Positions 18,351 to 27,313 of a stretch of DNA of 64,000 nucleotides are shown piece after piece. Position 1 is the stretch's first letter. Every line of letters starts with the position of its first letter. The DNA is from Candidatus Nomurabacteria bacterium (GTDB taxonomy: Bacteria > Patescibacteriota > WWE3 > UBA101185 > UBA10185), in the NCBI GenBank assembly GCA_020631855.1, contig JACKGU010000002.1, forward strand, positions 89,188-153,187, given 5' to 3'. A program made the translations under genes and the position numbers. The notes under the pieces are model-generated. The model ran no database searches. It was not told the DNA's origin and saw nothing but the letters and a program-made list of their open reading frames with translations.

Positions 18351-19166
18351 CTATTTGTGGTTAGTCGCCATAAGCCTTTTGTTGTAATATTGGCAAATAT
18401 CGCAATCTTGCGAACTTTCAGGTATCGATGTTTTGTCTATGCACGCCCTAATATTCTCTAGTTCTTTTTCAACCCAAAAGCAGTCCCCTCTTACCTCTTC
18501 TATAGATAGCAGAAATTCAAGTTTGTTATCAAAATAGTCCGGATCTGTCTGAGCGTTTACAAAAACTATATATCCGGTGTCAGAGACATTAAAGCCGTTT
18601 TGTCTGAATATCCATTGATAAACTTCTATTTGCCTTTTATAGCCTTGGTTATACTTGTATTCCATAGTAAGTTTATAGCTGTCAGAAGTTGCTACAGCTT
18701 TATAGTCCACAATGTAGAGAGTTCCGTTGTCGTCTCTCCATACATCATCGATTTTTCCGCACAGCTCTATTCTAGTCGGGGCGTGCTCGAAACCAAAACC
18801 ATAATAGTTCCCTTCTTCGTCTCCTCGCCAATCAAAAAAATCTTTGTGCTTATAAGGGATAAATTCCAAACCCATCTTCTTTATAGAGGGATGTGTTTGT
18901 TGAAGATTTCTATAATAATCAAATTCTTTTTTCATTAAGGTATCGACCGCAATATTAAGGTTAAAAGGTATGTGTGGGGCTTTTACTCCCAATACTTTCT
19001 GAAGGTAAAAGCACCTAGGGCACTTTAAGAAAGTATCGAGCATCCCTCTGCTAATACGCGTGAATTCCCCGCTTCTCGGTTTATATGTGTACCATCTGTT
19101 TTTGTTTTTATCTATATACATGTATTTTCGACTCTTCTTTATATTTTTCCACGGCCTAGAATGCAT
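18351..19166 (-). CDS. Cas4/RecB-like PD-(D/E)xK nuclease with Fe-S cluster cysteines (stand-alone)
   Basis: 271 aa. N-terminal CPRC, the LYIVDYKA (D..EYK-type) nuclease motif, and C-terminal CxxCx(n)C (CIDK...CDIC). No CRISPR array nearby. Confidence 0.6.
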   Translation of the reverse strand: MHSRPWKNIKKSRKYMYIDKNKNRWYTYKPRSGEFTRISRGMLDTFLKCPRCFYLQKVLGVKAPHIPFNLNIAVDTLMKKEFDYYRNLQQTHPSIKKMGLEFIPYKHKDFFDWRGDEEGNYYGFGFEHAPTRIELCGKIDDVWRDDNGTLYIVDYKAVATSDSYKLTMEYKYNQGYKRQIEVYQWIFRQNGFNVSDTGYIVFVNAQTDPDYFDNKLEFLLSIEEVRGDCFWVEKELENIRACIDKTSIPESSQDCDICQYYNKRLMATNHK

Positions 19167-19321
19167 TGCTGCTTCTTGAGATTTAGATAAGTAGGATGAC
19201 GCATGTTTATTGTATCAAGCATATATTCGGCCTTCAATGTTTTGAGTTGGTCCATTGAGTTTTATACCCTATGTTGCATGCTGAACCTAGTTCAGTCCTT
19301 ATGAAAAACGGTGGTTAGATT

Positions 19322-20110
19322 TTAAATCTCTCCCATAACAATCTTTAGCGGAACGTGGTCTGATCCAGAAATATTTTTTAAATGCGTGAGTTCTTGAACT
19401 GAGCCTTTAAACCTGATGTCTAAAAAGAAGTAGTCTATTCTCCACCCTTTATTTTTTTCTCTTGCGATGTTGTTGATTGAGTATGGAAACCAGCTGTAAG
19501 ATTCTTTTTCCGGGTATAAATATCTGAAAACGTCAAAGAAATTGTTTTCAATTACTTTGTCGACCCATGCTCTTTCTATCAAGGAGAACATGGGAGAGCC
19601 TTTATTCATTTTTGGATTTTGAAGATCAAGGTTTGTATGCGCCACATTGAAGTCCCCAGCTAACACCACTTTCTTTTTTTGCTTTAGTTCGGACGCAAGC
19701 TTTAATAAAGATTCGCAAAAACTCATCTTATACTCTAGCCTTGAGAAGTCTGCTCGGGGGTGAGGTACATACGTATTGATCAAGAAAAAAGACGGGTATT
19801 CAGCAATTTGAACCCTTGCTTCTTCGTCGAACCCTTTTATTCCCAGCCCATTTGTTACTTTTATTGGAGTGTTTTTAGATAGTATAACTAGACCTGAGTA
19901 TCCTTTTCGCGTCGAAGCCGCAAAATTATAGGCGTTATAACCATAAAATACAGGGAACAAGCAGTTTTGCAGTTGGTCGAAGTTTTCTTCAGATATTTTG
20001 CTTTCTTGAAAGCAATATATATCTGATTTGTCGGTTTTTATAAAGTCAGCAAGTCCCTTATTTAAGCAAGACTTTAATCCGTTGATGTTCCACGATACTA
20101 TGTTCATCAT
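19322..20110 (-). CDS. xth: Exodeoxyribonuclease III (AP endonuclease, ExoIII/APE1 family)
   Basis: 262 aa. MNIVSWNINGL ... QESK ... GDFNVAH ... SDHVP signature. Confidence 0.9.
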   Translation of the reverse strand: MMNIVSWNINGLKSCLNKGLADFIKTDKSDIYCFQESKISEENFDQLQNCLFPVFYGYNAYNFAASTRKGYSGLVILSKNTPIKVTNGLGIKGFDEEARVQIAEYPSFFLINTYVPHPRADFSRLEYKMSFCESLLKLASELKQKKKVVLAGDFNVAHTNLDLQNPKMNKGSPMFSLIERAWVDKVIENNFFDVFRYLYPEKESYSWFPYSINNIAREKNKGWRIDYFFLDIRFKGSVQELTHLKNISGSDHVPLKIVMGEI

Positions 20111-20482
20111 TTAAATCAGATACTACTCCAGGCTTGCTGCTCTTACAACAATTTTCCCATTACTTAAAGTCCTGCTATTACTGCCCTCTCCACGCTGTAG
20201 GTTGAATAGGGTACACATTTAGTGCTTGCATAAGAAAAAGGCCTAAGAGAGATCTAGAAAGACTACCCGGTTTGCTATAACCCAAGCAGCGCCTTTAGTT
20301 TATCCGGGAAAGATTGCCCTGTTGTATCGACATTCAAAAGAAATTCTATTGAATCCTGGCCGGATTTAATCTCAATCTTATGTTTATTGCCCTCTAAATT
20401 AAAAGACAGAACATATTCGTTTTGATCCGCTGTTGTGCTATATCTGTCTCTCAGATGTTTACTTGACTGGCAGTACTGTGCG

Positions 20483-21028
20483 CTATCTGAGCCTATTTCC
20501 AGATACTTTCTTTACTAAAACTAAGAACGGGAATCCGATAATATTACCTACAAAACTAGAGATTACCGACAAGAATAACGGAAAAATATTGTAAATAATA
20601 CTAAATCGAGAAAAGGCACTGGTTAAAAGACTCTGCCTCCCTTCTTGAAAATGAGTATAAAGAACCGGTATCGCAAAAAGCTTTATTATTAACTCAGTTA
20701 ATACTAAATACACAATTGCGCTTATGAAAGAAACTACTGTACTGAACAATAAACTTTTATCTGATATAGTGTTTGTAGCTCCAACTACAAATGAAAACAA
20801 CAGAAGACTAAAATACAGATAGTAAATATCAAATCCTGATTTCGAATCACACGCAGGCTCATTACAAGATTCACAACTACCACACATCCCACCTCTAAAT
20901 TGATGTTCATGAGCATCAATAATCTTGTTAGTTCCAAAAATATAATTAACAAAAAGTATCAAAATGTAAACTGGGATCATTACTAGAAGGAAGTGTGAAA
21001 CCGATCTATTTATGTTTTGTATTTTCAT
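20483..21028 (-). CDS. Hypothetical multi-TM membrane protein with a Cys-rich loop
   Basis: 181 aa, 4-5 hydrophobic helices, CGSCESCNEPAC cluster. Confidence 0.4.
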   Translation of the reverse strand: MKIQNINRSVSHFLLVMIPVYILILFVNYIFGTNKIIDAHEHQFRGGMCGSCESCNEPACDSKSGFDIYYLYFSLLLFSFVVGATNTISDKSLLFSTVVSFISAIVYLVLTELIIKLFAIPVLYTHFQEGRQSLLTSAFSRFSIIYNIFPLFLSVISSFVGNIIGFPFLVLVKKVSGNRLR

Positions 21029-21101
21029 ATCTTACCACGGCTGCGAACTGTTGACGAAGTTTGAAACTATTATATAAATAATTGTGTTGAAAATCTAATA
21101 T

Positions 21102-21677
21102 TTATGCCTGTTGTTTTTTTGATTCTATATAGTTTTTTCTGAATTCCAGAAATTGTTTTTTCATGGAATCATACCCAAATATTCCCAGGTCATTACAATC
21201 TAGCCCTTTACCAAAGATTTTGAAATGTCTATAAGCTTTGTAAACATTTATAGACCCGTTTGTAGCGTCAACTGAGAACCATTTACCATTCAAATAGCAC
21301 TCACCAAAGGAATGTCCTTTAATTTTGTTCTCCGAGTCACTATTTTTTGTATCCAACCACTCCTCTGCAATTACTTCCACATACTTTGTAGGTATCTTTT
21401 TACTTCGCATAATTGTTACAAATAGTAAAGTGTAATCTGTGCAACCAGCATGATAGTTACTTTTATAAATATCATCTGCAGTTCTATTCATCAAAACTTC
21501 TTTTAAATCAACTCCCATGTTTGTTGCGTGATTCTCCCCATTGTTAAAATATCCTCTTAGCCATACTAAGCTATTAAATATATAGTCTAAACCTTCTCCT
21601 TCTATTGAACGGGCAAGTTCCGCTATTTCCACGGATATGGCGGTCTGCTTACCTTCCTGTAAATATTTTTCTTTCAT
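21102..21677 (-). CDS. Transglutaminase-like cysteine protease domain protein
   Basis: 191 aa. Cys (HAGCTDYT), His (GHSFGECY), Asp (VDATNG) catalytic triad spacing. TATAAT 6 nt upstream of the ATG. Confidence 0.55.
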   Translation of the reverse strand: MKEKYLQEGKQTAISVEIAELARSIEGEGLDYIFNSLVWLRGYFNNGENHATNMGVDLKEVLMNRTADDIYKSNYHAGCTDYTLLFVTIMRSKKIPTKYVEVIAEEWLDTKNSDSENKIKGHSFGECYLNGKWFSVDATNGSINVYKAYRHFKIFGKGLDCNDLGIFGYDSMKKQFLEFRKNYIESKKQQA

Positions 21678-21876
21678 ATTTGAATTATACCTTAGTTATT
21701 TTTTTTAAGGTTCAAACCTAATATTTCAATTTGATTTTATTGTTATGACAACATCTCGTTACATGTCCTATATACACATTGACCCGATTTGGCTATGTAA
21801 AAAAACACAAGAGTTCGAACTCTAATAAAAGCTTGTATTGCTTGGGTTAGACTTTGTTCCTGGTATTTTATCTCTT

Positions 21877-21909
21877 ACTGGCTGCGCAGAGCGGACGAAG
21901 TTAGAACCC
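21877..21909 (+). repeat. Degenerate tRNA-Gln 3'-end-like att repeat (a)
   Basis: ACTGGCTGCGCAGAGCGGACGAAGTTAGAACC. Compare the antisense of tRNA-Gln, TGGCTGGGGGACAGGGATTCGAACC. Confidence 0.45.
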
Positions 21910-21947
21910 ATATTATTGAAGAAAATATGTCTGTGGGCATACCAATA

Positions 21948-22466
21948 CTAGTGAGTGTTCAGTAGACTGCATACGACTTTGATTGCAGATTCCAAATCTT
22001 TATACGTACTTACCTTGAAGTTATTGTATTCTTTTGGAACGCCCCTTAGCATCCAGGAAAGTTTATCTAGGTTATCTTCATGTACTAAGCAGAGGATAGT
22101 GGTTTTATTTAAACCTCTTTCCTCTTTTAACAATGCTCTCATGATTTCCATACCAACTCCATGACTTGCCCCATCAACTACAGCAATTAGGTAATCAGCT
22201 TCATCGACCCAGTCCATATCTATTTTATATGCGCTTATCCAGGGGTCATTTGTACTAGGATTCCTTCTATCAATCCCAGTTTTTTCAAGAAAGATATCAT
22301 CTTGCTCATCATGGGTTCTTGCGGCTACATGTTCACTAAGTACATCGTAACCATTGCTCTTCATATACTGCACAAGCCCATAACTGAAATTTGGGTCTTT
22401 GTGCTTTATACCTTGAAGAGAACCAGAGAAGTATATTTTGCCTTTAGGGCTTGTATGTTTTGTCAT
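21948..22466 (-). CDS. Nucleoside 2-deoxyribosyltransferase-like protein
   Basis: 172 aa. KIYFSGSL ... AVVDGASHGVGMEIMRAL resembles the NDT/Rcl fold. Low certainty. Confidence 0.4.
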   Translation of the reverse strand: MTKHTSPKGKIYFSGSLQGIKHKDPNFSYGLVQYMKSNGYDVLSEHVAARTHDEQDDIFLEKTGIDRRNPSTNDPWISAYKIDMDWVDEADYLIAVVDGASHGVGMEIMRALLKEERGLNKTTILCLVHEDNLDKLSWMLRGVPKEYNNFKVSTYKDLESAIKVVCSLLNTH

Positions 22467-22794
22467 ATTTTTTGGTCTTTATCTTTGGGAGCTTTTTGTA
22501 GAAGTATTTCTCAATGTCAATGTTGGACTTATGCGCAAGCCTTAAAAGATAGAATAATACATCAACAAATTCATAACCAAGTTCTTCTTTATCACTTTTA
22601 CTTAATTTATCTATTTTGGAAAAATCATTTTGCCACTGATAATGTTCTGCTAGCTCTGCTAATTCAATCATTATTGAAGATATAAGCTGGTTGGGGTCGG
22701 TGTTGTTCCAATTTCTTTCATTGCATACTCTTATTACATCCTTCTCAATATCTTTTAGTGATTTTGACATGAGTTGATTATACACCAGGTTCAA
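22444..22794 (-). CDS. MazG-like nucleotide pyrophosphohydrolase
   Basis: ELAELAEHYQW ... EELGYEFVDVLFYLLRLA MazG motif. The track start is TTG; the probable ATG is at 22770 (MSKSLKD), with TATAAT 6 nt upstream. Confidence 0.65.
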   Translation of the reverse strand: MNLVYNQLMSKSLKDIEKDVIRVCNERNWNNTDPNQLISSIMIELAELAEHYQWQNDFSKIDKLSKSDKEELGYEFVDVLFYLLRLAHKSNIDIEKYFYKKLPKIKTKKYDKTYKP

Positions 22795-22985
22795 ACTTTT
22801 TTTGGGTCGAACTTTTGTAGGTGTAACAAAAGGACAAATCTTGACTGGGGAACAGGGAGTCGGTCACGAGTTCTCGCCTGCTGGCGATCCTCTCGACCCC
22901 AGCTCGATGCCGTCGCATCTGCGCTATTCTCCTCCAATTTCCTGTCAAGAAACTGCTCACCAGAACTTGTGCTGATGACCACTTC

Positions 22986-23016
22986 CCTGGCCGGGCGTTA
23001 GGGTCCAAGTTCGAGC
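22986..23016 (+). repeat. Degenerate tRNA-Gln 3'-end-like att repeat (b), inside a GC-rich ~220-nt noncoding island
   Basis: CCTGGCCGGGCGTTAGGGTCCAAGTTCGAGC. The surrounding 22800-23040 region is about 55% GC and has overlapping spurious ORFs on both strands. Confidence 0.45.
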
Positions 23017-23049
23017 AGCTTACTGTTGTTTCAATTTATAGACCTGGCT

Positions 23050-23415
23050 CTAGTAATATCCCCCGCCTGATATACTTGATACATGCATAAATATGTAATT
23101 GCCCACTTTATAAATGAAAAAACGTACAGCCCGAATTCCAAGTGAATAAGTGGCCTTTACACGTAACTTTATTAGGAATAAGTCCATCATAGATACACCG
23201 TCTATTTTTTGGAAGACGATACCAACTCTATCGTTTAGGGTTACAAGTTCTAGGGGTTCAGGTATTTGAACATTTTTACACTTATATATTGTTTTTGTTT
23301 TGAAGTACTCGTTTTGTATTTTTTCTTTTGGAAAGTCCTTATCATAAAGTTTCAAAATTGTATCTTTGGAATAGTCGTATATCTCAGATCTTCTGCCATG
23401 TGAAAGGATTTTCAT
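23050..23415 (-). pseudogene. Truncated phosphotransferase (APH/choline-kinase-like) N-lobe fragment
   Basis: RRSEIYDYSKDTILKLYDK ... VFQKIDGVSMMD resembles a kinase N-lobe, then degenerates. A 40-aa HAD-hydrolase N-terminal fragment (MIKAICFDLDGVYF) lies just upstream at ~23416-23540. Confidence 0.35.
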
Positions 23416-23501
23416 ATGAAATACCTAAATTTACTAACTCTTTTATAAAATTGGATTTACCGTTAACAAAGTAAACTCCATCTAGGTCGAAACATATTGC
23501 T

Positions 23502-24027
23502 TTAATCATTTTTATCCCTCAAAACTTTATATCTTAACTGCACTAGTTCATTGTCAATTTTTTTTGTACCAAGTAGCTGAAGTGATACATCAAAATCTGA
23601 TTTTCCAAACAGTGTTAAACCATTACCTATGACCAACGGGTGTACACTTAGTACAATTTCATCTATTAGGCCTGCTTTTAGAAACTGGCCGTTTGTATTT
23701 TCACCACCTATAATCAATAGGTTTTTAAAGCCTTTTTCTTTTGCGAAATCAACTATTTCATCTGTAGTGCCGTCTCTAATTGAAAGATTTTCTGTCTCTT
23801 TGTGTAAATCCTCGTTTGAGCTTAAAACAATATTAAACAAACCTTCTATTGGAAAATCATCAGAACCAAATTGTTCCATGGGTTTTTCTACCCATAATTA
23901 CTGCATCATTAGCTTTTATATAGGAGTAAAATTGATCCCAATCTAATTCTGAAACCCAATCACTATTGTTTTGACCTCTTGTTATATAACCATCTATTGA
24001 AGTAGCCATGTATAAAGTGATTTTCAT
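23502..24027 (-). pseudogene. RibD-C/DHFR-like reductase gene interrupted by a frameshift near 23880
   Basis: N-terminal MKITLYMATSIDGYITRGQNNSDW...VIMGRKT is in one frame (24027 to ~23885). The 125-aa ORF MEQFGSDD...LLIIGGENTNGQFLKAGLIDEI continues in another frame. Confidence 0.5.
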
Positions 24028-24030
24028 AAG

Positions 24031-25077
24031 TTATGCCTCCACGTAATTAGAACTTTCTAACCAAGGGTCTAAGCCACCATAAAAATTTCTTTCCCAAGTA
24101 TGCTCTTTCAATTTTTCCAAAAGCTCAGAGGACAAACCACCTTCGTCCGAAAACGCAGTGTTTTGTTCTACATACTTAGTTACTCTCATGCCTGGAATGA
24201 CTGTAGAAACCTCGTCAAAAGAAAGGATGTACCTTAAGGCTAGTTCTACCATTGAATCTACTTCATCAGTTTCATCAACAAGTTTTTGTAACTTTTCGAC
24301 TCTATCTACAAGTTTCTTTTTTCTATCGCCAGAAAAATAGTGGGTTCTAAAGTCCCCTTCTTCAAACTCCCTGCCCATTGTTATTTTTCCTGACAAACCA
24401 CCCTCGTCTAATGGAACACGAGCAATAAGTCCAATATTGTTTTCTTTAGCATAAGGAAGAAGTTTCTCTGTTGGTTTTTGATGAAAAATGTTAAATATAA
24501 ATTGTATTGTTGATATTAATCCTGTGTCTAAAGTTTTCAGACAGTTACCCGGTTGGTAATCGTTAGTAGATATACCCCAATACTTAATCTTTCCTTCTTT
24601 TGTTAGTTTTTCAGTAGCTTCTTTCCATTCATCTATGTCTGCCCAATCATCTTGCCACACATGAAACTGCATTAAATCTATAGTTTCAACTCCTAATCTT
24701 GTTAAAGACTCGTGTACTAGTTTTTCAACATGTTCTGTAGGGAATACCTCAGTAAATGGAATATCTTTGAATGCAGGCCATTTCCAGTTCTTTGGGGCTA
24801 CTTTTGAGGCAATGATTAAGTCATCTCTTTTACCTGATTCCTTTAGGTATTTGCCAATAAGTTCTTCTGAAGTAGGGGTTACCTGTTCATCTGCTACGCC
24901 ATAAACCCATGCAGTATCTATAAAATTTCCGCCTAACTCAACATACTTTGCTAGTGCCTTTAAACTTTCGTTTAGATCTCCTCCTACCCACATCTCTGGG
25001 TCATTAGCTAGTTGCCAAGTTCCTATTCCAACATCTGCGATTTTAAAATTAGTTTTACCTAGTGTTCTGTATTTCAT
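24031..25077 (-). CDS. Aldo/keto reductase
   Basis: 348 aa. GTWQ...D...FIDTAWVYG AKR signature. TATAAT 6 nt upstream of the ATG. Confidence 0.9.
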   Translation of the reverse strand: MKYRTLGKTNFKIADVGIGTWQLANDPEMWVGGDLNESLKALAKYVELGGNFIDTAWVYGVADEQVTPTSEELIGKYLKESGKRDDLIIASKVAPKNWKWPAFKDIPFTEVFPTEHVEKLVHESLTRLGVETIDLMQFHVWQDDWADIDEWKEATEKLTKEGKIKYWGISTNDYQPGNCLKTLDTGLISTIQFIFNIFHQKPTEKLLPYAKENNIGLIARVPLDEGGLSGKITMGREFEEGDFRTHYFSGDRKKKLVDRVEKLQKLVDETDEVDSMVELALRYILSFDEVSTVIPGMRVTKYVEQNTAFSDEGGLSSELLEKLKEHTWERNFYGGLDPWLESSNYVEA

Positions 25078-25170
25078 AAGAACATTATATCATTCCTCAG
25101 TCCGCACTATTCTCGTCCCTGCCCAATAAAGCAAAACATCTTTGTATCTTACGACACAGGGATATTTTCC

Positions 25171-25200
25171 GTGGCTGGGCATTAGAGAACAAGTTCGAAC
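25171..25200 (+). repeat. tRNA-Gln 3'-end-like att repeat (c)
   Basis: GTGGCTGGGCATTAGAGAACAAGTTCGAAC. 29/30 identical to copy d. Shares TGGCTGGG and TTCGAAC with the tRNA-Gln antisense. Confidence 0.55.
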
Positions 25201-25212
25201 TTAAGTTTTGTT

Positions 25213-25884
25213 TTAGTGTTTCTGCTTTTCAAGTAGATATTTGGCTCCGGCGGCAACTGCTTCGTCCAAAGAACTCCAGATTTTCGACCCAAATAACTCT
25301 CTCAAAGGTTTCTCGTTAGGTTTTCCTCCTTGCTCGGGATTTGAGAAAAATGTTAAGGACTCTTTCAATAATTCATATCTTTCTTTTCCGAGAGTTTCTA
25401 AAAGTTCAGGATAGTAATAGTAAAACATAAAATGGTTTAGTTCGTGTTTTGCAGTACCAAGTTGTGGCATCAGAAATTTATAATTTGCAAAAAAATACCT
25501 ATTCTCATAACTGTATGGAAATATGTTATTGGTCGTCAGATATGCTGTAATAGTTTCAAATGGAAATGGTTTTTTGTACAGGAACTCCAGAGAATATATT
25601 ATGGAGTCTCCTACATTTTCCCACGAATCCTGTAGCCTTTTTATGCCTTTTTCTATATTATCCGGATCATTTTCATAGATATTTTTTAAATGATTGTACA
25701 CTTGTTCATAAACAGCTTCCGCGTTTTCTGCATTTATTAAAATTTCTTGAAGCTTAAGATCGAGTTTTTCAAGCAATTTGCTTTTCGGGCCATCTCTTCC
25801 ATGTTTAAACGCCTTGAAGGTATATACAAAATCAACATAAGTTCGAGCATCCTTTTCTAGTGAGTACTTTACTAATAGTTTCAT
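25213..25884 (-). CDS. Hypothetical protein
   Basis: 223-aa ORF. -10 TATAAT 12 nt upstream. A C15 tract abuts its -35 region. Confidence 0.4.
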   Translation of the reverse strand: MKLLVKYSLEKDARTYVDFVYTFKAFKHGRDGPKSKLLEKLDLKLQEILINAENAEAVYEQVYNHLKNIYENDPDNIEKGIKRLQDSWENVGDSIIYSLEFLYKKPFPFETITAYLTTNNIFPYSYENRYFFANYKFLMPQLGTAKHELNHFMFYYYYPELLETLGKERYELLKESLTFFSNPEQGGKPNEKPLRELFGSKIWSSLDEAVAAGAKYLLEKQKH

Positions 25885-25924
25885 AGTTGTGAAGGTATTA
25901 TATCAATTTTTATGCAAAAGACCT

Positions 25925-25939
25925 CCCCCCCCCCCCCCC
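25925..25939. repeat. C15 homopolymer tract (G15 on the coding strand of the gene at 25884)
   Basis: 15 consecutive C. Lies 22 nt upstream of the -10 hexamer of the minus-strand gene. Confidence 0.85.
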
Positions 25940-26014
25940 TAGCGAGGCGGGAAACGCAAACCTTACAAATTGGCTGGCCGTAGCGTGCGACGTTAGAACT
26001 GTTTTTAGGAGTAA

Positions 26015-26458
26015 TTAATCTGTGTCTAATACTAAATAGGCGTAAACAGGTAATTCAAAAGTAGATAGTTCAATCATCTCGTAACCTTTCCTTAGTATAA
26101 TATCCCAACCTTTTTCAAGTGCTTGTTTTCGAATATCCTTGTATATTTCTTCTGTGTGAGAAAAGTCACAACAACCTATTTCTGATCTATGAATGTCTGG
26201 TTTTCTTACCCTGATTAGTGTTATGTTTTCATTATCAATAGCTAAAGGCTCTGATAAGGTATACTTTTTCCCATTGTTAGCGTCCTGTTCATTCCCAAGT
26301 TGTTTTAATTCATTCTGTAAATATTCATAGTCGGCATCATTTTTTGAAAATAATGTTAGATAATCAATTTTCAAATCATGGTTAGGTATACATGTATTTC
26401 CTAATTTATGTATGTTATCTATTAATACTTCAATACGATTAATAATTTCTTTTGTCAT
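26015..26458 (-). CDS. Hypothetical protein
   Basis: 147-aa ORF immediately downstream of the SDR gene (1-nt gap). Confidence 0.4.
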   Translation of the reverse strand: MTKEIINRIEVLIDNIHKLGNTCIPNHDLKIDYLTLFSKNDADYEYLQNELKQLGNEQDANNGKKYTLSEPLAIDNENITLIRVRKPDIHRSEIGCCDFSHTEEIYKDIRKQALEKGWDIILRKGYEMIELSTFELPVYAYLVLDTD

Positions 26459-26459
26459 T

Positions 26460-27158
26460 TCATTTTTTCATTTCAATAATTTGACCATTTAGTCGATTGT
26501 CTAAGGCAATTTCAACAAATTTTTTGGCTACACTCATCGGTTCTAATGCTTCAGTAGGTTCTACATCTGGGAAAAACTTTTTAACATTTTCGGTATAAAC
26601 AAAACCAGGTCTTAAAGCATTAACTCTAATACCTTTGTCCTTTAACTCAATGGGTAATTGCTTTGTAAAGATTTCAATACCGTGCTTTGTAATAAAGTCA
26701 GAAATAACACCAGTTTCACCTTCATCAAACGAACCTGACATATTAACTATGCTGGAATCTTTATCCATAAACTGTACTAAATACTTTGTAAGTAAAATAT
26801 GACCAACTAAAATGGCATTAATATTTTTTATAATCGCGTCATCAGGATATTGTTCAAAAGGTATTCCAAAAAAATGTTTTTCATCATCATGATACATACC
26901 CGCAATATTAGCTAATATATCCAAATGGTCTGTTTTTTCTTTAATCAGGTTGGGTACTGTTTTAATACTTTCTAAAGATAGCAAATCAAGTGCAACTATT
27001 TCTGCATTTCCACCGTTAATACTTATTTCTAATTTAACTTGCTCCAGTGCTCCCAAATCTCTTCCTGCTATAAACACGAAATAATCTTTGGAAGCTAATT
27101 CTTTAGCCACCTCTTTACCTACCCCCCTACTTGCTCCAGTTGCAAATGCGTATTTCAT
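26460..27158 (-). CDS. Short-chain dehydrogenase/reductase (SDR) family oxidoreductase
   Basis: TGASRGVGKEVA Rossmann motif, NIAG, YxxxK. TATAAT 8 nt upstream of the ATG. Confidence 0.85.
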   Translation of the reverse strand: MKYAFATGASRGVGKEVAKELASKDYFVFIAGRDLGALEQVKLEISINGGNAEIVALDLLSLESIKTVPNLIKEKTDHLDILANIAGMYHDDEKHFFGIPFEQYPDDAIIKNINAILVGHILLTKYLVQFMDKDSSIVNMSGSFDEGETGVISDFITKHGIEIFTKQLPIELKDKGIRVNALRPGFVYTENVKKFFPDVEPTEALEPMSVAKKFVEIALDNRLNGQIIEMKK

Positions 27159-27233
27159 ATTAAGTAATTATACCTTAGTTCGAATCCCTATTGGGTAGGG
27201 TCTGTTTTATGTTGTTTTGACAAGGAGATTTTA

Positions 27234-27263
27234 CTGGCTGGGCATTATAGAACAAGTTCGAAC
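27234..27263 (+). repeat. tRNA-Gln 3'-end-like att repeat (d)
   Basis: CTGGCTGGGCATTATAGAACAAGTTCGAAC. A sense-oriented GTTCGAATCCCT piece lies at 27176-27189. Confidence 0.55.
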
Positions 27264-27313
27264 TGCTGTATTGGTTTAGTTTCATTGTTTTATCCTTTTA
27301 GTATAATGCTTTT

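Noticed and set aside
18351-19166. The Cas4-like gene as evidence for a CRISPR-Cas locus
   Set aside because: There is no repeat-spacer array and no other cas genes in the window. Treated as a stand-alone nuclease.
22783-22794. TTGAAC as a -35 for the MazG-like promoter
   Set aside because: Only 6 nt separate it from the TATAAT, too short for a sigma70-type spacer. It is also part of the track-called TTG start codon.
22774-23008. Three mutually overlapping ORFs (both strands) at 22774-23008
   Set aside because: Mutual overlap in a GC-rich noncoding island is typical of structured or relic DNA rather than genes.
22800-23040. Possibility that the GC-rich island is a tmRNA, SRP RNA or RNase P RNA
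   Set aside because: Compared by eye with the conserved tmRNA termini (GGGGCUGAUUCUGGAUUCGACGGG ... UCCACCA), the SRP domain IV GGAAGCAGCC motif and the RNase P CR-I/CR-V boxes, and no convincing match was found. Left as an unassigned element.
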